NCBI GenBank assembly: GCA_051251855.1 | Contig: JBPOGI010000002.1 | Span: forward strand, 544,001-608,000 | Direction of reading: 5' to 3' | From: Roseibacillus sp. | Lineage (GTDB): Bacteria > Verrucomicrobiota > Verrucomicrobiia > Verrucomicrobiales > Akkermansiaceae | Length of the DNA: 64,000 bases | Shown here: positions 36,815 to 46,783 of the stretch, piece by piece | Layout of the letters: the number at the start of each line of letters is the position of its first letter | Position numbering within the stretch: the stretch's first letter is position 1 | The notes under the pieces: generated by a model | What the model was told of the DNA's origin: nothing | Seen by the model: only the letters and a program-made list of their open reading frames with translations | The model's database searches: none | Made by a program: the position numbers and the translations under genes

Positions 36815-38250
36815 TCGGCTTCTGGAGGGGTTTCGGTTTGGTCGAAGTGGAGAGCGATTCCGTAGCTCCGCTCGTTAATTTTCTTCATTGCTTTGAGCAA
36901 AGGTTGGTAGGGCTCGTAGTGGCTGGTGACGATGCCTTTGTTGGCGTCGAGATTAGAGGGGTCGGCACCCTTTTGAGCAGGGTCGTTGTCTGAGTAACGA
37001 AACCAGTGCCAGCCTACGCAGACTTTCGATTCGAGCAGCCCAAGGGTGAAGTTTTGATAGAAAGCGCCGCGGTCTTCTTGAGTTTTGACGAGCCAACCTG
37101 CTCCGCTGGTGTTGGCCATGCCGCTGTCTTCGGCCTTGGCATACCACTCGGTGATGAGAATGGGTTTCTTGGCCGCTTGGGACCAGTTGCGCATGCGGTT
37201 TTGTTCGGGAGTCCAGCGATGGTAGTAGTTCACGCTGATGATGTCGAGGTGACGGCCAGCTGCTTCGAAGAGGGAGGGGAGTCGCAGGGCTGAACCGTGG
37301 AAGCGGGAACCTAGGACGAGGTGGTTGGGGTCGTGTTTGCGAATGGCTGTGCTGACGATGGAGAAATAGGTGTCGGCGGCATGGCCGACAAAGGCGAGGC
37401 GGTCTTCATCGTGCCATTTTTTAGCGAGGGCATTGGTTCCCTTTCTTTCTTCTAACCAAGCTTTTGCTGCGAGGTAGCCGTGGTCGTTCTTAGGGAGGGT
37501 GAGATAGCGGTCGAGCATCTGGATGTTCCAAGGAAGCTCATTGTCGGTGAAGTGGCCGAGCAGCCAAGGGTCATCTTTAAGGTCGGCGAGTTGTTCGGCG
37601 TGTTGGTCGCAGAAGGTAGCAAAGTCGGGGTCGAAGATGAAGGGGCAGTCATTGGGGTAGCCTCGGTGACCAGACTTCTGGTAAGTGCCGCCTCGTTTTT
37701 TCCCGTAGGAGGACATGAAGTTCCAGAGTTTGGTGTAGGCGAGGCCGACTTGGGAAGGTTTGAGTGTTTCGTCGTCGCTCCAAGGGCCGATGGCGTTGAA
37801 GTGATGAGACTTGAGAAGGTCGGCAGTTCCTTTGGCCCAGCCTTCGATGTTGCCGAATTTCTTTTGCAAGGCAGCGGCGGCAGCTTTGGTGCGTGTTTCC
37901 TTAATCGAGGTGACTCCACGATGCAGGTAGGGGTGACCTTGGGGGTCAGCCAGCCACCAGCGGTTATTGCGAAAGGTCGCGCGAAAGAATCCTGTCGGCT
38001 TGGGTTTGTTGGTTGGGAATCCTCCGAATTCGGTCAGATTTTTGTCGGGTTCAATTGATGGGAGGGCCGAAAGAGTGCGGGTGGACATTTTTTTCCAGTC
38101 TTTGCCCGGGCCGCGGGAGACTTCGGTGAAATCTAGCGCTTGGTCTGCGGCGTGAGCTGTGACTAGAAGGTTCCCCAGCAAGGGAAGGAGGGCGAGGAGG
38201 GTTCTCCTTTTGGTAGGTGTCCCGAATTTGTTTGGAAGCAGTGACGGCAT
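36811..38250 (-). CDS. Secreted clan GH-A glycoside hydrolase (GH50/'agarase'-like)
   Basis: TGFFR...RWWLADPQG, DPWLLGHFTDNEL (acid/base), DPNHLVLGSRF, KPILITEW (nucleophile), VGWHWF. True start probably 38250, not 38904. Confidence 0.75.
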   Translation of the reverse strand: MPSLLPNKFGTPTKRRTLLALLPLLGNLLVTAHAADQALDFTEVSRGPGKDWKKMSTRTLSALPSIEPDKNLTEFGGFPTNKPKPTGFFRATFRNNRWWLADPQGHPYLHRGVTSIKETRTKAAAAALQKKFGNIEGWAKGTADLLKSHHFNAIGPWSDDETLKPSQVGLAYTKLWNFMSSYGKKRGGTYQKSGHRGYPNDCPFIFDPDFATFCDQHAEQLADLKDDPWLLGHFTDNELPWNIQMLDRYLTLPKNDHGYLAAKAWLEERKGTNALAKKWHDEDRLAFVGHAADTYFSIVSTAIRKHDPNHLVLGSRFHGSALRLPSLFEAAGRHLDIISVNYYHRWTPEQNRMRNWSQAAKKPILITEWYAKAEDSGMANTSGAGWLVKTQEDRGAFYQNFTLGLLESKVCVGWHWFRYSDNDPAQKGADPSNLDANKGIVTSHYEPYQPLLKAMKKINERSYGIALHFDQTETPPEAE

Positions 38251-38260
38251 CCCTCTATTT

Positions 38261-40582
38261 CTACTCGATAGGAAGAGCCCTGAGAGGTTCGTTGGAATCG
38301 GGAACAGGGAGTGCGCGTTGGGGGCGAACAAGGACGGGTTGTTCGGTTTGAGGGGCTTGGAGAGCGCGGAGAGGGTGGATGGTGCAGTAGTCGTTGGCGG
38401 CAGGAAGTAGGGCGTCGGGGACGAGGTCTTGGTAGCCAGTTCCGGCAGCCTCACAACCTGGGGTGACTCGTTTGGCAGAGTGTCGGCAGAGGCGTGCGCG
38501 TGAGTATTTGAGCTGAGGATCGAGGCTGCCGGCGGGATAGCGGGCAGAGCCGTCCACATCGCGGAGGGAGGCGGCTTTTCGAAAAATGTTGGCCCAAATA
38601 GGAAGGGCCAGGGTGCCGCCATAGCCTCCATCGATGATGGTTCTGGGGGTGTCGAGTCCGACCCAAACACAGGCCGTGAGGGAACTCGTGTAGCCCGCAT
38701 ACCAAGCGTCTTGATAATTCTTAGTGGTACCAGTTTTTCCAGCGGCAGGATAAGAATATCCATGCGAGCTGCGGAGGGAGCGGGCGGTGCCGGAGGAGGT
38801 GACTTCGCGCAGGAGGTTGTTGACGAGACCAGCGGTTTCGCGTCGCGACACAATGGCTTTGAGAGGGCTGGATTCGTAGAGCACTTTGCCGTCGGTATTC
38901 TCAATTTTATCGATGAGGTAGGGGACGACGCGATTCCCTTGATTGGGAAAGGTGGTGTAGGCGGTGGCCAGCTGCCAAGGGGAAGCGGGGGAGTTGCCCA
39001 GGTAGAGTGAGGGGTTCTTGTTGTGCTCCTTGAGAAGCCCGGCAGCCTTGGCGGTGTCGATGACGTTGTCCATGCCTGCGAAGTTACCTACGCGCACTGT
39101 AGAGGCGTTGTGAGAGAGGACAAGTCCGTCCCCCGTGCGGAGGTTTTGGTAGTATTTGCCGCTGGAGTTAGCGGGCCAACCAGCAGCAGCCCCGGGGATT
39201 TCGCCGGCGCGGAGAGGGGTGTCGGCAACCCAAGTTTCGGGCAGCATCCCTTTCTCGTAAGCAGAGAGATAGACGAAGGGTTTGAAGAGTGAGCCTGCTG
39301 AGCGACTGGACCATTGGGCGCGGTTGTAGGAAGACTCGGAGACGTCACGTCCGCCGATGATGGTGCGGACCGCTCCGGTCTTGGTGTCGAGCATGACGAC
39401 CGCAGCTTGGAGGTAGTCGGGGTCGCCAACGGGATTTCGCTGCCAATTGGCGCGGGTGGGGTGGGCGTATCCTTGGCGGGACTCGATGCTTCGCAGTTGA
39501 TTTTCAACGGCGGTTTCAGCGATGTCTTGTAGGATGGTGTCGAGGGTGGTGGTGACGACAAGTCCGCCCTGTTTGATGTTTTTGCGAGCTAGAATGTTGT
39601 TAAGCTCGTTTCGAATAATGTTGAGGGACCAGCCGCTTTTGACCTTTGAGGTGGTCTTAATTTGAAGAGGTTCTTTCTTGGCTTTTTCGGCCTCTTCTTT
39701 GGAGAGGAATTTCTCACGTACCATGGAGTCGAGAGTGGTGTCGCGCTCGCGCTTGGCGCGCTCGGGGTAGCGATGGGGAGTAAAGGCGTTGGGGCCTCGA
39801 ATAATGCCGGCGAGCATGGCGGACTCGGAAAGGGTGAGGTTGAGGGCGGGCTTTCCGAAGTAGTTTTGTGAGGCGGCCTCGATACCACGGTAGGAGTGGC
39901 CCCAGAAGATGCGGTTGACGTAGGCTTCGAGAATTTCGTCTTTGGAGTATTTGGCCTCGATGCGGAAGGTGACCGCGATTTCGAGAAACTTGCGGTCGAG
40001 CTCAACCAGCGCGCCGGGAGCCTTGGCCTTGATGAGAGCCGGATTTTGGAGGTTGAAGGTGTTGCGCGCGAGCTGCATCGTGAGGGTGGAGCTGCCTTGG
40101 GCGAGGCTGCGGCGCTTGACGTTTTGGACAATGGAGCGAGCGATTCCCATGGGATCGACTCCCAAATGGCGGCGAAAGCGGCTGTCCTCGCGAGCGAGAA
40201 GCGCGTCTTCAAAAGAAGGCGCGATTTGGGATAGGGGGACGATTGTGCGATTCTCGCCATGCAGGCGGGCGATTTCCTTGCCGGTGCGATCAAGGACTGT
40301 GGTGCGTTCGGGCATTTTGCGCACTTCGCCTAAGTTATAGGGGAGGGCACGCGCACCATAGAAAAGGGCCATGCCGAGAAAGATGAAGAAGCCGGCGGCA
40401 GCGCCAAAGGCGACGAGTTTGGCCGGCTTTCGAAAGAGAGCGGGCCAGCCTGCCACGATACGGGCGACCAAGTGATAAGGCCAAAAGAGAAGCCAGCTAA
40501 AGAACCCAACCTTGCGTGCTTTTTTCTGCTTCTTGGAGGCCTTCTTGGCTGGCTTGCGCCGATTTTGTTTCTTCTTCGCCAT
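38261..40582 (-). CDS. Class A penicillin-binding protein (PBP1A family)
   Basis: Transglycosylase EDSRFRRHLG, QGSSTLTMQL, RKFLEI; transpeptidase GSLFKP, SHN, GKTGT. Confidence 0.93.
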   Translation of the reverse strand: MAKKKQNRRKPAKKASKKQKKARKVGFFSWLLFWPYHLVARIVAGWPALFRKPAKLVAFGAAAGFFIFLGMALFYGARALPYNLGEVRKMPERTTVLDRTGKEIARLHGENRTIVPLSQIAPSFEDALLAREDSRFRRHLGVDPMGIARSIVQNVKRRSLAQGSSTLTMQLARNTFNLQNPALIKAKAPGALVELDRKFLEIAVTFRIEAKYSKDEILEAYVNRIFWGHSYRGIEAASQNYFGKPALNLTLSESAMLAGIIRGPNAFTPHRYPERAKRERDTTLDSMVREKFLSKEEAEKAKKEPLQIKTTSKVKSGWSLNIIRNELNNILARKNIKQGGLVVTTTLDTILQDIAETAVENQLRSIESRQGYAHPTRANWQRNPVGDPDYLQAAVVMLDTKTGAVRTIIGGRDVSESSYNRAQWSSRSAGSLFKPFVYLSAYEKGMLPETWVADTPLRAGEIPGAAAGWPANSSGKYYQNLRTGDGLVLSHNASTVRVGNFAGMDNVIDTAKAAGLLKEHNKNPSLYLGNSPASPWQLATAYTTFPNQGNRVVPYLIDKIENTDGKVLYESSPLKAIVSRRETAGLVNNLLREVTSSGTARSLRSSHGYSYPAAGKTGTTKNYQDAWYAGYTSSLTACVWVGLDTPRTIIDGGYGGTLALPIWANIFRKAASLRDVDGSARYPAGSLDPQLKYSRARLCRHSAKRVTPGCEAAGTGYQDLVPDALLPAANDYCTIHPLRALQAPQTEQPVLVRPQRALPVPDSNEPLRALPIE

Positions 40583-40714
40583 GGGGCTGCGTTGAGAAGC
40601 GAGGCTAGCGCTGGGTTTTGGTTTGGGGAGAGGGGATCGGGTCAGTTTCTACTGAGCTTCGAGAGCGCAGTGTCTATGCGAGAAAGTCTTCTCGTCGCGG
40701 TTGACCATGAAAGC

Positions 40715-40822
40715 CTAAACCCAGCCAATCAAGTCGGCCATGCGATAGAGAGAGTAGATGAAGGTCAAAATCAAAAGGACGACGAAGATTTTGATGCTGA
40801 ATTCAATTTGTGGACGGGTCAC
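40715..40822 (-). CDS. Putative 35-aa single-TM small protein
   Basis: GTG start, MTRPQIEFSIKIFVVLLILTFIYSLYRMADLIGWV*; fills an otherwise empty intergenic gap. Confidence 0.45.
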   Translation of the reverse strand: MTRPQIEFSIKIFVVLLILTFIYSLYRMADLIGWV

Positions 40823-40931
40823 GGAGCGAGGATGTAAGCGAGCTGAGGAGCAGAATCAAGGCGCAAGAATGACCTTTCGAATTGAGAGGGAAACTTTGAC
40901 CCTTTTTTTTAGGCAAGAGCTTGTTTAGACT

Positions 40932-42488
40932 ATGAGTATGGCGGCAAACGCGATGGAGCGCCTAGATTTGGCGCTAGAAGCTTCAAACGAAGGTATTTGG
41001 GACTGGGATTTCGGGACCGGTACTTTGGATTTTACCGATAGAGTGGGGGAGTTTTTTGAATGCGCCCCCGAGAAAATCCCTAATTTCTTTGAGAATGAGG
41101 AGTTTGTGCACGAAGAGGACCGAATAGAGTTCTTTGAAGCGATTGCTTCGGTGCGGGCAGGTAAGAGTGAGATTCTAGCGGCGGAGCCCCGCTTGCGGTC
41201 TGGGGAGAAACATGATTGGAAATGGTTTCGGGTCCGGGGAGTGCCTGTGATGTATGAAGGGGAGCTTACTGGATTGGCGGGATCGCTGATTGATATTTCG
41301 CTGCGGAAGCGAGCGGAACAGGAACTTCTGGAAGAGCGGCATCTGACCCAGACCTTGGTGGAGAACGTTCCGCTTCAGATTTACTTTAAAGACAAGAAAT
41401 CGCGCTTCACGATGGTGAACACGCCGATGGCACGGTGGACCGGTTTTGAAAAACCACTCGAATTGATTGGTAAGACCGATGCCGATCTCTTTGGAGATGA
41501 GCATTCGCAAAAGGCTTTGCAGGATGAATTGAATATTCTGGAAACGGGAAAAGCTCTAGAGGCGGTGGTCGAGAAGGAGACCTGGTCGGGACGGGGGGAT
41601 ACTTGGGTGCTGACTACCAAGATGCCCTATCGTAATCGGCGTGGGGAGCTGATGGGAACTTTCGGAGTTTCTAGCGATGTAACAGAGCTGGTGCGTATTC
41701 AACGGTCTCTTGCGGAGATGGCGGCACAGCTCAAGGAGAGGAACGAGGCTTATGAAGAGGAGATGTCTTTGGCTCGCGAGATTCAACAAGGATTGTTGCC
41801 GAGCGATTACCCTGCCTTCGAGGATGCGCAGTTTGGTCACCGGTATTTACCAATTTCGGGTCTCGCTGGTGATTTCTTTGATGTCGTGGAGTTGGGAGAA
41901 GATCAAGTGGGGCTTTTGATTTGCGATGTCATGGGGCATGGCGTCCGTTCAGCCTTAGTAGCTAGTTTGCTCCGAGGTCTGGTCTCACAATCGATGGGTG
42001 TCGCTCATCAACCAGATGAGTTTTTGAGTTCTTTGAACGCAGGATTGGTGAGCTTTTTAAAAAAGGCGGGAGTGACGATGTTTGCGACCGCGTTCTACGT
42101 CGTCGTGGACCGTAAGGTTGGGAAGATTCGCTATGCGAGCGCGGGCCACCCTGCGGGGATCATGAGCAATGGCGACGGCGCGAGTCTACTCCCCTTGGGC
42201 GGGCGGGGCAAAGGGCCGGGGCTGGGGCTACTTCCTGAGGCTTCTTACGGTGTGGAATCAGTCCCTCTACAGGGAGTAAAGACCTTACTGCTCTTTACCG
42301 ATGGAATTTATGAAGTGGAGAATTCGGACGGAGAAGCCTTCCTTCAGAATCGTCTCGTTCAGACGGTAGGTCGTGCGCATGGTGCGGACCTTGAGAAACA
42401 ACTGGATGCCATTCTTTACGAGGTGAAAGGTTTCACCGAAGGGGGTGGCTTTGACGATGATGTTTGCCTTTTGGGAATGAGTCTTTGA
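40932..42488 (+). CDS. PAS-PAS-PP2C (SpoIIE/RsbU-type) serine phosphatase
   Basis: EGIWDWD PAS domain, second PAS (IYFKDKKSRF), AREIQQGLLP, GDFFD, CDVMGHG, FTDGIYE, DDVC. Confidence 0.9.
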   Translation: MSMAANAMERLDLALEASNEGIWDWDFGTGTLDFTDRVGEFFECAPEKIPNFFENEEFVHEEDRIEFFEAIASVRAGKSEILAAEPRLRSGEKHDWKWFRVRGVPVMYEGELTGLAGSLIDISLRKRAEQELLEERHLTQTLVENVPLQIYFKDKKSRFTMVNTPMARWTGFEKPLELIGKTDADLFGDEHSQKALQDELNILETGKALEAVVEKETWSGRGDTWVLTTKMPYRNRRGELMGTFGVSSDVTELVRIQRSLAEMAAQLKERNEAYEEEMSLAREIQQGLLPSDYPAFEDAQFGHRYLPISGLAGDFFDVVELGEDQVGLLICDVMGHGVRSALVASLLRGLVSQSMGVAHQPDEFLSSLNAGLVSFLKKAGVTMFATAFYVVVDRKVGKIRYASAGHPAGIMSNGDGASLLPLGGRGKGPGLGLLPEASYGVESVPLQGVKTLLLFTDGIYEVENSDGEAFLQNRLVQTVGRAHGADLEKQLDAILYEVKGFTEGGGFDDDVCLLGMSL

Positions 42489-42518
42489 GGTCTGAATCCT
42501 CCTCTAAGCGCGTTGATG

Positions 42519-43712
42519 TTAGAGAGTGTGGCCCATCTTCTCTTTCTTGGTGTCGAGGTAGGCTTGGTTATCAGGATTGGAAGGGAGTTTGAGAGGGACT
42601 TGCTCAACGATCTCGAGTCCGTAGCCTTCTAGGCCGACTACCTTCTTGGGGTTGTTCGTGAGGAGCCGGATTTTGCTGACACCGACATCGGCGAGAATCT
42701 GCGCGCCCATGCCGTAGTCACGCAGGTCTGCGGCGAAGCCCAGTTTTTCATTGGCTTGCACGGTGTCGAGGCCCTGCTCTTGGAGCTTGTATGCGTGAAT
42801 TTTGGCGGGGAGTCCAATGCCGCGACCTTCTTGACGAAGATAGAGTAGCACACCGCCTTGTTCGGATATTTGCTTCATCGCAGTGTGCAGCTGGCCGCCG
42901 CAATCACAGCGACGGGAACCAAAAACGTCGCCGGTGAGGCATTCGGAATGAACTCGGACTAAAGTCGGTTTCTCGGGGTCGATGTCGCCTCGGACGAGAG
43001 CGAGGTGGTGGCTCTGGTCGAGAAGAATGCGATAGAGGTGGCACGTGAAGTCGCCGTAGTCGGTCGGTAGCTTAATGACTTCCTCGCACTCGACGAGTTT
43101 TTCGAAGTGACGTCGATACTCAATGAGCTGTGCGATGGTGCAGGCTTTCAGCCCATGCTTCTCTTGGTAGGAGCCGAGTTCTCCTACGCGGGCCATCTCG
43201 CCATCGTCACCCATGATTTCGCAGATGACACCGGCTTCGGGAAGGCCAGCGAGGCGGGCCAGGTCGATAGCGGCTTCGGTGTGGCCTGCCCGGCGTAGGG
43301 TGCCTCCGGGCATGGCTTGGAGAGGAAAGATATGGCCAGGTTGTACCAGTGAATCTGGCGTCGCGGCAGGGTCGGTAAGGAGCTGGATGGTGCGCGCTCG
43401 GTCACCAGCAGAGATTCCGGTGGTAATGCCGGTAGTAGCATCGACTGAAACGGTGAAAGCGGTTTTCTGATTTTCGCGATTGCGCGGCGTCATCGGAGGT
43501 AGATTGAGGGCGGTGGCACGCTCGGCGGTAATGGGGGCACAGATAAGGCCTCTTCCATGGGTTGCCATGAAGTTGATCATCTCGGGCGTGGCGAGAGAAG
43601 CGGCCCCGATGAGGTCGGCTTCGTTTTCGCGCTCGGGATCGTCTGCAACGATCACGATTTTGCCGGCGGCAATGTCGGCGATGATTTCAGGAATGGGATG
43701 GAAAGTGAGCAT
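42519..43712 (-). CDS. ribBA: Bifunctional DHBP synthase / GTP cyclohydrolase II
   Basis: DDPERENEADL, PGHIFPL, RAGHTEA, RVHSECLTGDVFGSRRCDCG, QEGRGIGL. Confidence 0.96.
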   Translation of the reverse strand: MLTFHPIPEIIADIAAGKIVIVADDPERENEADLIGAASLATPEMINFMATHGRGLICAPITAERATALNLPPMTPRNRENQKTAFTVSVDATTGITTGISAGDRARTIQLLTDPAATPDSLVQPGHIFPLQAMPGGTLRRAGHTEAAIDLARLAGLPEAGVICEIMGDDGEMARVGELGSYQEKHGLKACTIAQLIEYRRHFEKLVECEEVIKLPTDYGDFTCHLYRILLDQSHHLALVRGDIDPEKPTLVRVHSECLTGDVFGSRRCDCGGQLHTAMKQISEQGGVLLYLRQEGRGIGLPAKIHAYKLQEQGLDTVQANEKLGFAADLRDYGMGAQILADVGVSKIRLLTNNPKKVVGLEGYGLEIVEQVPLKLPSNPDNQAYLDTKKEKMGHTL

Positions 43713-43849
43713 GTCGTTCGGTCGGGGAGGGCACCATAAATGTTCTGGGTAAGTTAGCGAATGTTTTTGTAAAATGCAGAGACTCTCAAACCAAAGGCGA
43801 TTTGGCTTGCCGCTGCCACCCCTCAGGCGATACCTCTACTCCTGTCATC

Positions 43850-43931
43850 GCCGAGATGGTGGAATTGGTAGACACGCCTGGTTTAGGTTCAGGTGCCGCA
43901 AGGTGTGCAGGTTCGAGTCCTGTTCTCGGTA
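43850..43931 (+). tRNA. tRNA-Leu (anticodon TAG), CCA not encoded
   Basis: GCCGAGATGGTGGAATTGGTAGACACGCCTGGTTTAGGTTCAGGTGCCGCAAGGTGTGCAGGTTCGAGTCCTGTTCTCGGTA; long variable arm. Confidence 0.96.
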
Positions 43932-43960
43932 TTTTCATTTTTAAACAACCCCCAACTACT

Positions 43961-44158
43961 ATGGAAGAACTCAAACAAAAGCTGTCGGAAGCCCTCAACC
44001 TCGATGAAGATATGGCCCAAAAAGGTGTCGATACCGTTCTCGAATTCCTCAAGGGCAAGCTCCCTGAAAATCTTCACGGATTTCTCGACAATCTTGACGG
44101 AGATGGAGCTGCTGATTCAGCTTTAGACGCCGTGAAGGGTCTTTTTGGAGGTAAGTAG
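43961..44158 (+). CDS. Small acidic helical protein (DUF2267-like)
   Basis: MEELKQKLSEALNLDEDMAQKGVDTVLEFLKGKLPE...VKGLFGGK, 65 aa. Confidence 0.65.
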   Translation: MEELKQKLSEALNLDEDMAQKGVDTVLEFLKGKLPENLHGFLDNLDGDGAADSALDAVKGLFGGK

Positions 44159-44244
44159 CCTCTCGTTTCGGATGACCGAAGTTTCTTCGGGTATTCCTTG
44201 GTTTACGTTTGGACCGTTTGGGTTCAAAAAGCTAAAATTCCAGC

Positions 44245-44829
44245 ATGAAAATCGTTCACTTGTTGACGTTCTGTGCCAGCTTCGCGCTGATTGCGTGCTC
44301 GGGCTCAGGGGGGAGTAAGGCGATTTACCATCCGGATGTGGGGCCTTTTGATGAGAACGGCGACTATGTGGTGGCTCTGGCGGATGCTCCGGTGAGGAAG
44401 AATATTTTTTCCCGTAGTAAGAAGCCAAAGGCTGCGCCGAAACCAAAAAAGGTGGAGGCTCCAAAACCTGCTCCTGTTCAAAGAGTTGCTCAGGTTGCTC
44501 CACCGACTCCTGCGCCGCGACCAGTGGCGCCAGTCCGCTCAGCACCCCCTCGAACGGTGGTAATCGCCCAGTCGCCTAGGCCTCAGACGACTCAAGCTGT
44601 GCCCGTTGTTCGTGCGCAACCCAAGCCAGTGGCGGCACCAGCCCCCGCGCCGAAGCCAGTGGTGATGAAGCCGAAGAAAAAGGCTCCTGTGCGCCATCTG
44701 GTGAGGAAGTCAGATACGCTCTATGGGCTCAGTCGGAAATACGGAGTTTCGGTGGGGTCGATTCAGCGTGCAAACAGCATCAAGGGGTCGACGATCGTGA
44801 CCGGGAAGACGCTGTTGATTCCTCGCTAG
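44245..44829 (+). CDS. LysM-domain lipoprotein with Pro/Ala-rich linker
   Basis: Lipobox LIAC; C-terminal HLVRKSDTLYGLSRKYGVSVGSIQRANSI...GKTLLIP. Confidence 0.88.
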   Translation: MKIVHLLTFCASFALIACSGSGGSKAIYHPDVGPFDENGDYVVALADAPVRKNIFSRSKKPKAAPKPKKVEAPKPAPVQRVAQVAPPTPAPRPVAPVRSAPPRTVVIAQSPRPQTTQAVPVVRAQPKPVAAPAPAPKPVVMKPKKKAPVRHLVRKSDTLYGLSRKYGVSVGSIQRANSIKGSTIVTGKTLLIPR

Positions 44830-45017
44830 GATAGCATTTCCTGGGAGTCGGAGACGATATCCTCAGCAAAAGAGGGTGAAGTCTGTTGTGTCGTTTCTTC
44901 GTTTCCAACGAAAGGTCAATTTGATGAGGTTGAGGGTATTGAAATTTGCGGTTGCATACTGACCGGCCAACTATTTTCGAACTATTGGATATCAACCGCT
45001 GGGACTGATCACTTCAG

Positions 45018-46607
45018 CTATTTACCCCATCGCTTGCGGGTTGAGTAGACAACAAGGCCGATGGCGACGAGGGGGAGTAGGCTCGCGAGTGAGGGAGTGA
45101 GTCCCAGTCCGATGGGTAGGTAGCCGAACAAAACGGCGCATCCAGATGCGAGGAGGGCATAGGGAAGTTGGGTGGCAACATGGCGCGTAGTGGTGATGTC
45201 GCAGGCGAGGGCGCTCACTATCGTGGTGTCGCTGAAGGGGCTGGCGTGGTCGCCGAATACGGCCCCTCCAAATACGGCTGCGATGATGGCCGGCAAAAGG
45301 GGCGCGACCGTGGCAGGGTCCAGGGAATGCTCACCTGTCATGGAAAGGAAGGTTCCAAGGGCGAGAGGCATGAGGAGAGCCATCGTTCCCCAAGAGGTGC
45401 CTGTGGAAAAGGCGATGAGGCAGCCAAGAATGAAGGTGGCGCCGGGGAGGTAGCTCACTTGAAAGCGGTCGCCGAGGAGGCTGGCGAGATAGTCGCCAGT
45501 TTTGAGCTCTGAGAGCGTGGAGCCGAGGGTCCAAGCCATTACTAAAACAACTAAGGCGGGAAGGAGGGAGCGCACTCCTGAGGGAATGGCGGAGAGGGCT
45601 TCTTTCTTTTTCTGGGGAAAGAAGGCGAGGGCACCGAGAATCGAAAGCGCTCCAGCTAGCAAGAGGGCGTAGGGGCCAAGGCTGGTTGCAAAGGCATTCT
45701 GAATGTCGCCGAGGGAGGTTGGAAACCACTTGCCGCCACCCAATACCCAGAACGATAAGGGGACTGAGAGAACCAGGACTGCGATGGGGCCAATCGCGGA
45801 GCGGAGAATGTTGGATTGATTGTCTCCGGTTGAGAAAGTGGGGGGCTTCGGAGTGACTTGGGCTTTGGCACGGTCCATGGGAGGAGGGTTCCAGTTCCAT
45901 CGGGCGGCAAGAAAGACGAGGAGAAGAGAGCCGAGGCAATAGAAGTTGGTCGGAATCGATTGCAGAAAGTAGAGATAGGCAGGCTCGGTGAAGGGGGTGC
46001 CTTCGAGCTCGCTCGCGATGAGAGTGAGCTGAAAGACTGACCAAGTGGAGAGAAAGGCCACGCAAGCGACGGCGGACGAGGTGGTGTCCACGAGGTAGGC
46101 AAGTTTTTCGCGTGAGAGCCCGGCTTGATCTGCAAGGGAGCGCCCCACTCTTCCCAGCATAAGGGCGTTGGCGAGGCCATCGAAAAAGCAAACCAGTCCG
46201 AGGCCCACGATGGAAACTTGTAGCCGTGATGATGAATCGGATTCGGTTTTGGACCATCTTTGAAGAAGACCCGCTAAGGCGCCAGAGCGCTCGACTATGG
46301 CCGCAAAGGCTGCGAGCAGAAGGGTGAAAATAAGGGCTGACCAATGCCAAGTACTGGTGAGCGCGGGCCAAAGGTGCTCGGTGAGGAGTCGGATGGGGGA
46401 GGTGATTGGCGAGCTCGCATCGATGAGGAGGACGCCAGCGAGGCTCCCTGCCAAGAGACTGAGCCCAGCTCGTCCAGTGAGGGCAAGGAGTGCCAGCGCA
46501 ATCAGGGGAGGGAGGATGGGTTGAGGACGTTCGGTAAAAAATAGAATCACCAAGATTGCTACCAGAATGAGGGAAAAGAAGAGGAGAGACCCTTTGGACA
46601 GCTTCAT
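45018..46607 (-). CDS. NhaC-family transporter (Na+/H+ antiporter-like)
   Basis: FFDGLAN, SREKLAYLVDTTSS, FSTGTSWGTM, GAVFGDHASPFSDTTIVS. Confidence 0.85.
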   Translation of the reverse strand: MKLSKGSLLFFSLILVAILVILFFTERPQPILPPLIALALLALTGRAGLSLLAGSLAGVLLIDASSPITSPIRLLTEHLWPALTSTWHWSALIFTLLLAAFAAIVERSGALAGLLQRWSKTESDSSSRLQVSIVGLGLVCFFDGLANALMLGRVGRSLADQAGLSREKLAYLVDTTSSAVACVAFLSTWSVFQLTLIASELEGTPFTEPAYLYFLQSIPTNFYCLGSLLLVFLAARWNWNPPPMDRAKAQVTPKPPTFSTGDNQSNILRSAIGPIAVLVLSVPLSFWVLGGGKWFPTSLGDIQNAFATSLGPYALLLAGALSILGALAFFPQKKKEALSAIPSGVRSLLPALVVLVMAWTLGSTLSELKTGDYLASLLGDRFQVSYLPGATFILGCLIAFSTGTSWGTMALLMPLALGTFLSMTGEHSLDPATVAPLLPAIIAAVFGGAVFGDHASPFSDTTIVSALACDITTTRHVATQLPYALLASGCAVLFGYLPIGLGLTPSLASLLPLVAIGLVVYSTRKRWGK

Positions 46608-46754
46608 CGCGCGATATCTTCGTTTTTGAGGGCGCAGGAGGCAAGAGTGAGGTGAAAAACTCTCGTTTTCTCTCTGTTTTGCTGAAAAAGTTCAAGAAAG
46701 AGCCGATTTTGTGATAATTGTGACTTTTTTTCCGGTAGGAAAGGGTTGCGGAGG

Positions 46755-46771
46755 TGGCACAATTGTTGCAT
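46755..46771 (+). promoter_or_regulatory. sigma54 (-24/-12) promoter
   Basis: TGGCAC-AATTG-TTGCAT, a full match to TGGCAC-N5-TTGCW, just upstream of ATG 46784. Confidence 0.65.
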
Positions 46772-46783
46772 TTGACCCTTGTC

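Noticed and set aside
38251..38904. N-terminal extension of the glycoside hydrolase ORF
   Set aside because: Overlaps PBP1A in another frame; the signal peptide follows ATG 38250.
43713..43849. Possible FMN riboswitch upstream of ribBA
   Set aside because: No AGGGCGGGGTGAAATTCCC-like RFN core; the space holds divergent promoters.
44830..45017. 188-bp lower-GC gap between convergent LysM and NhaC genes as ncRNA or pseudogene
   Set aside because: I could not identify a convincing structure, repeat or protein similarity.
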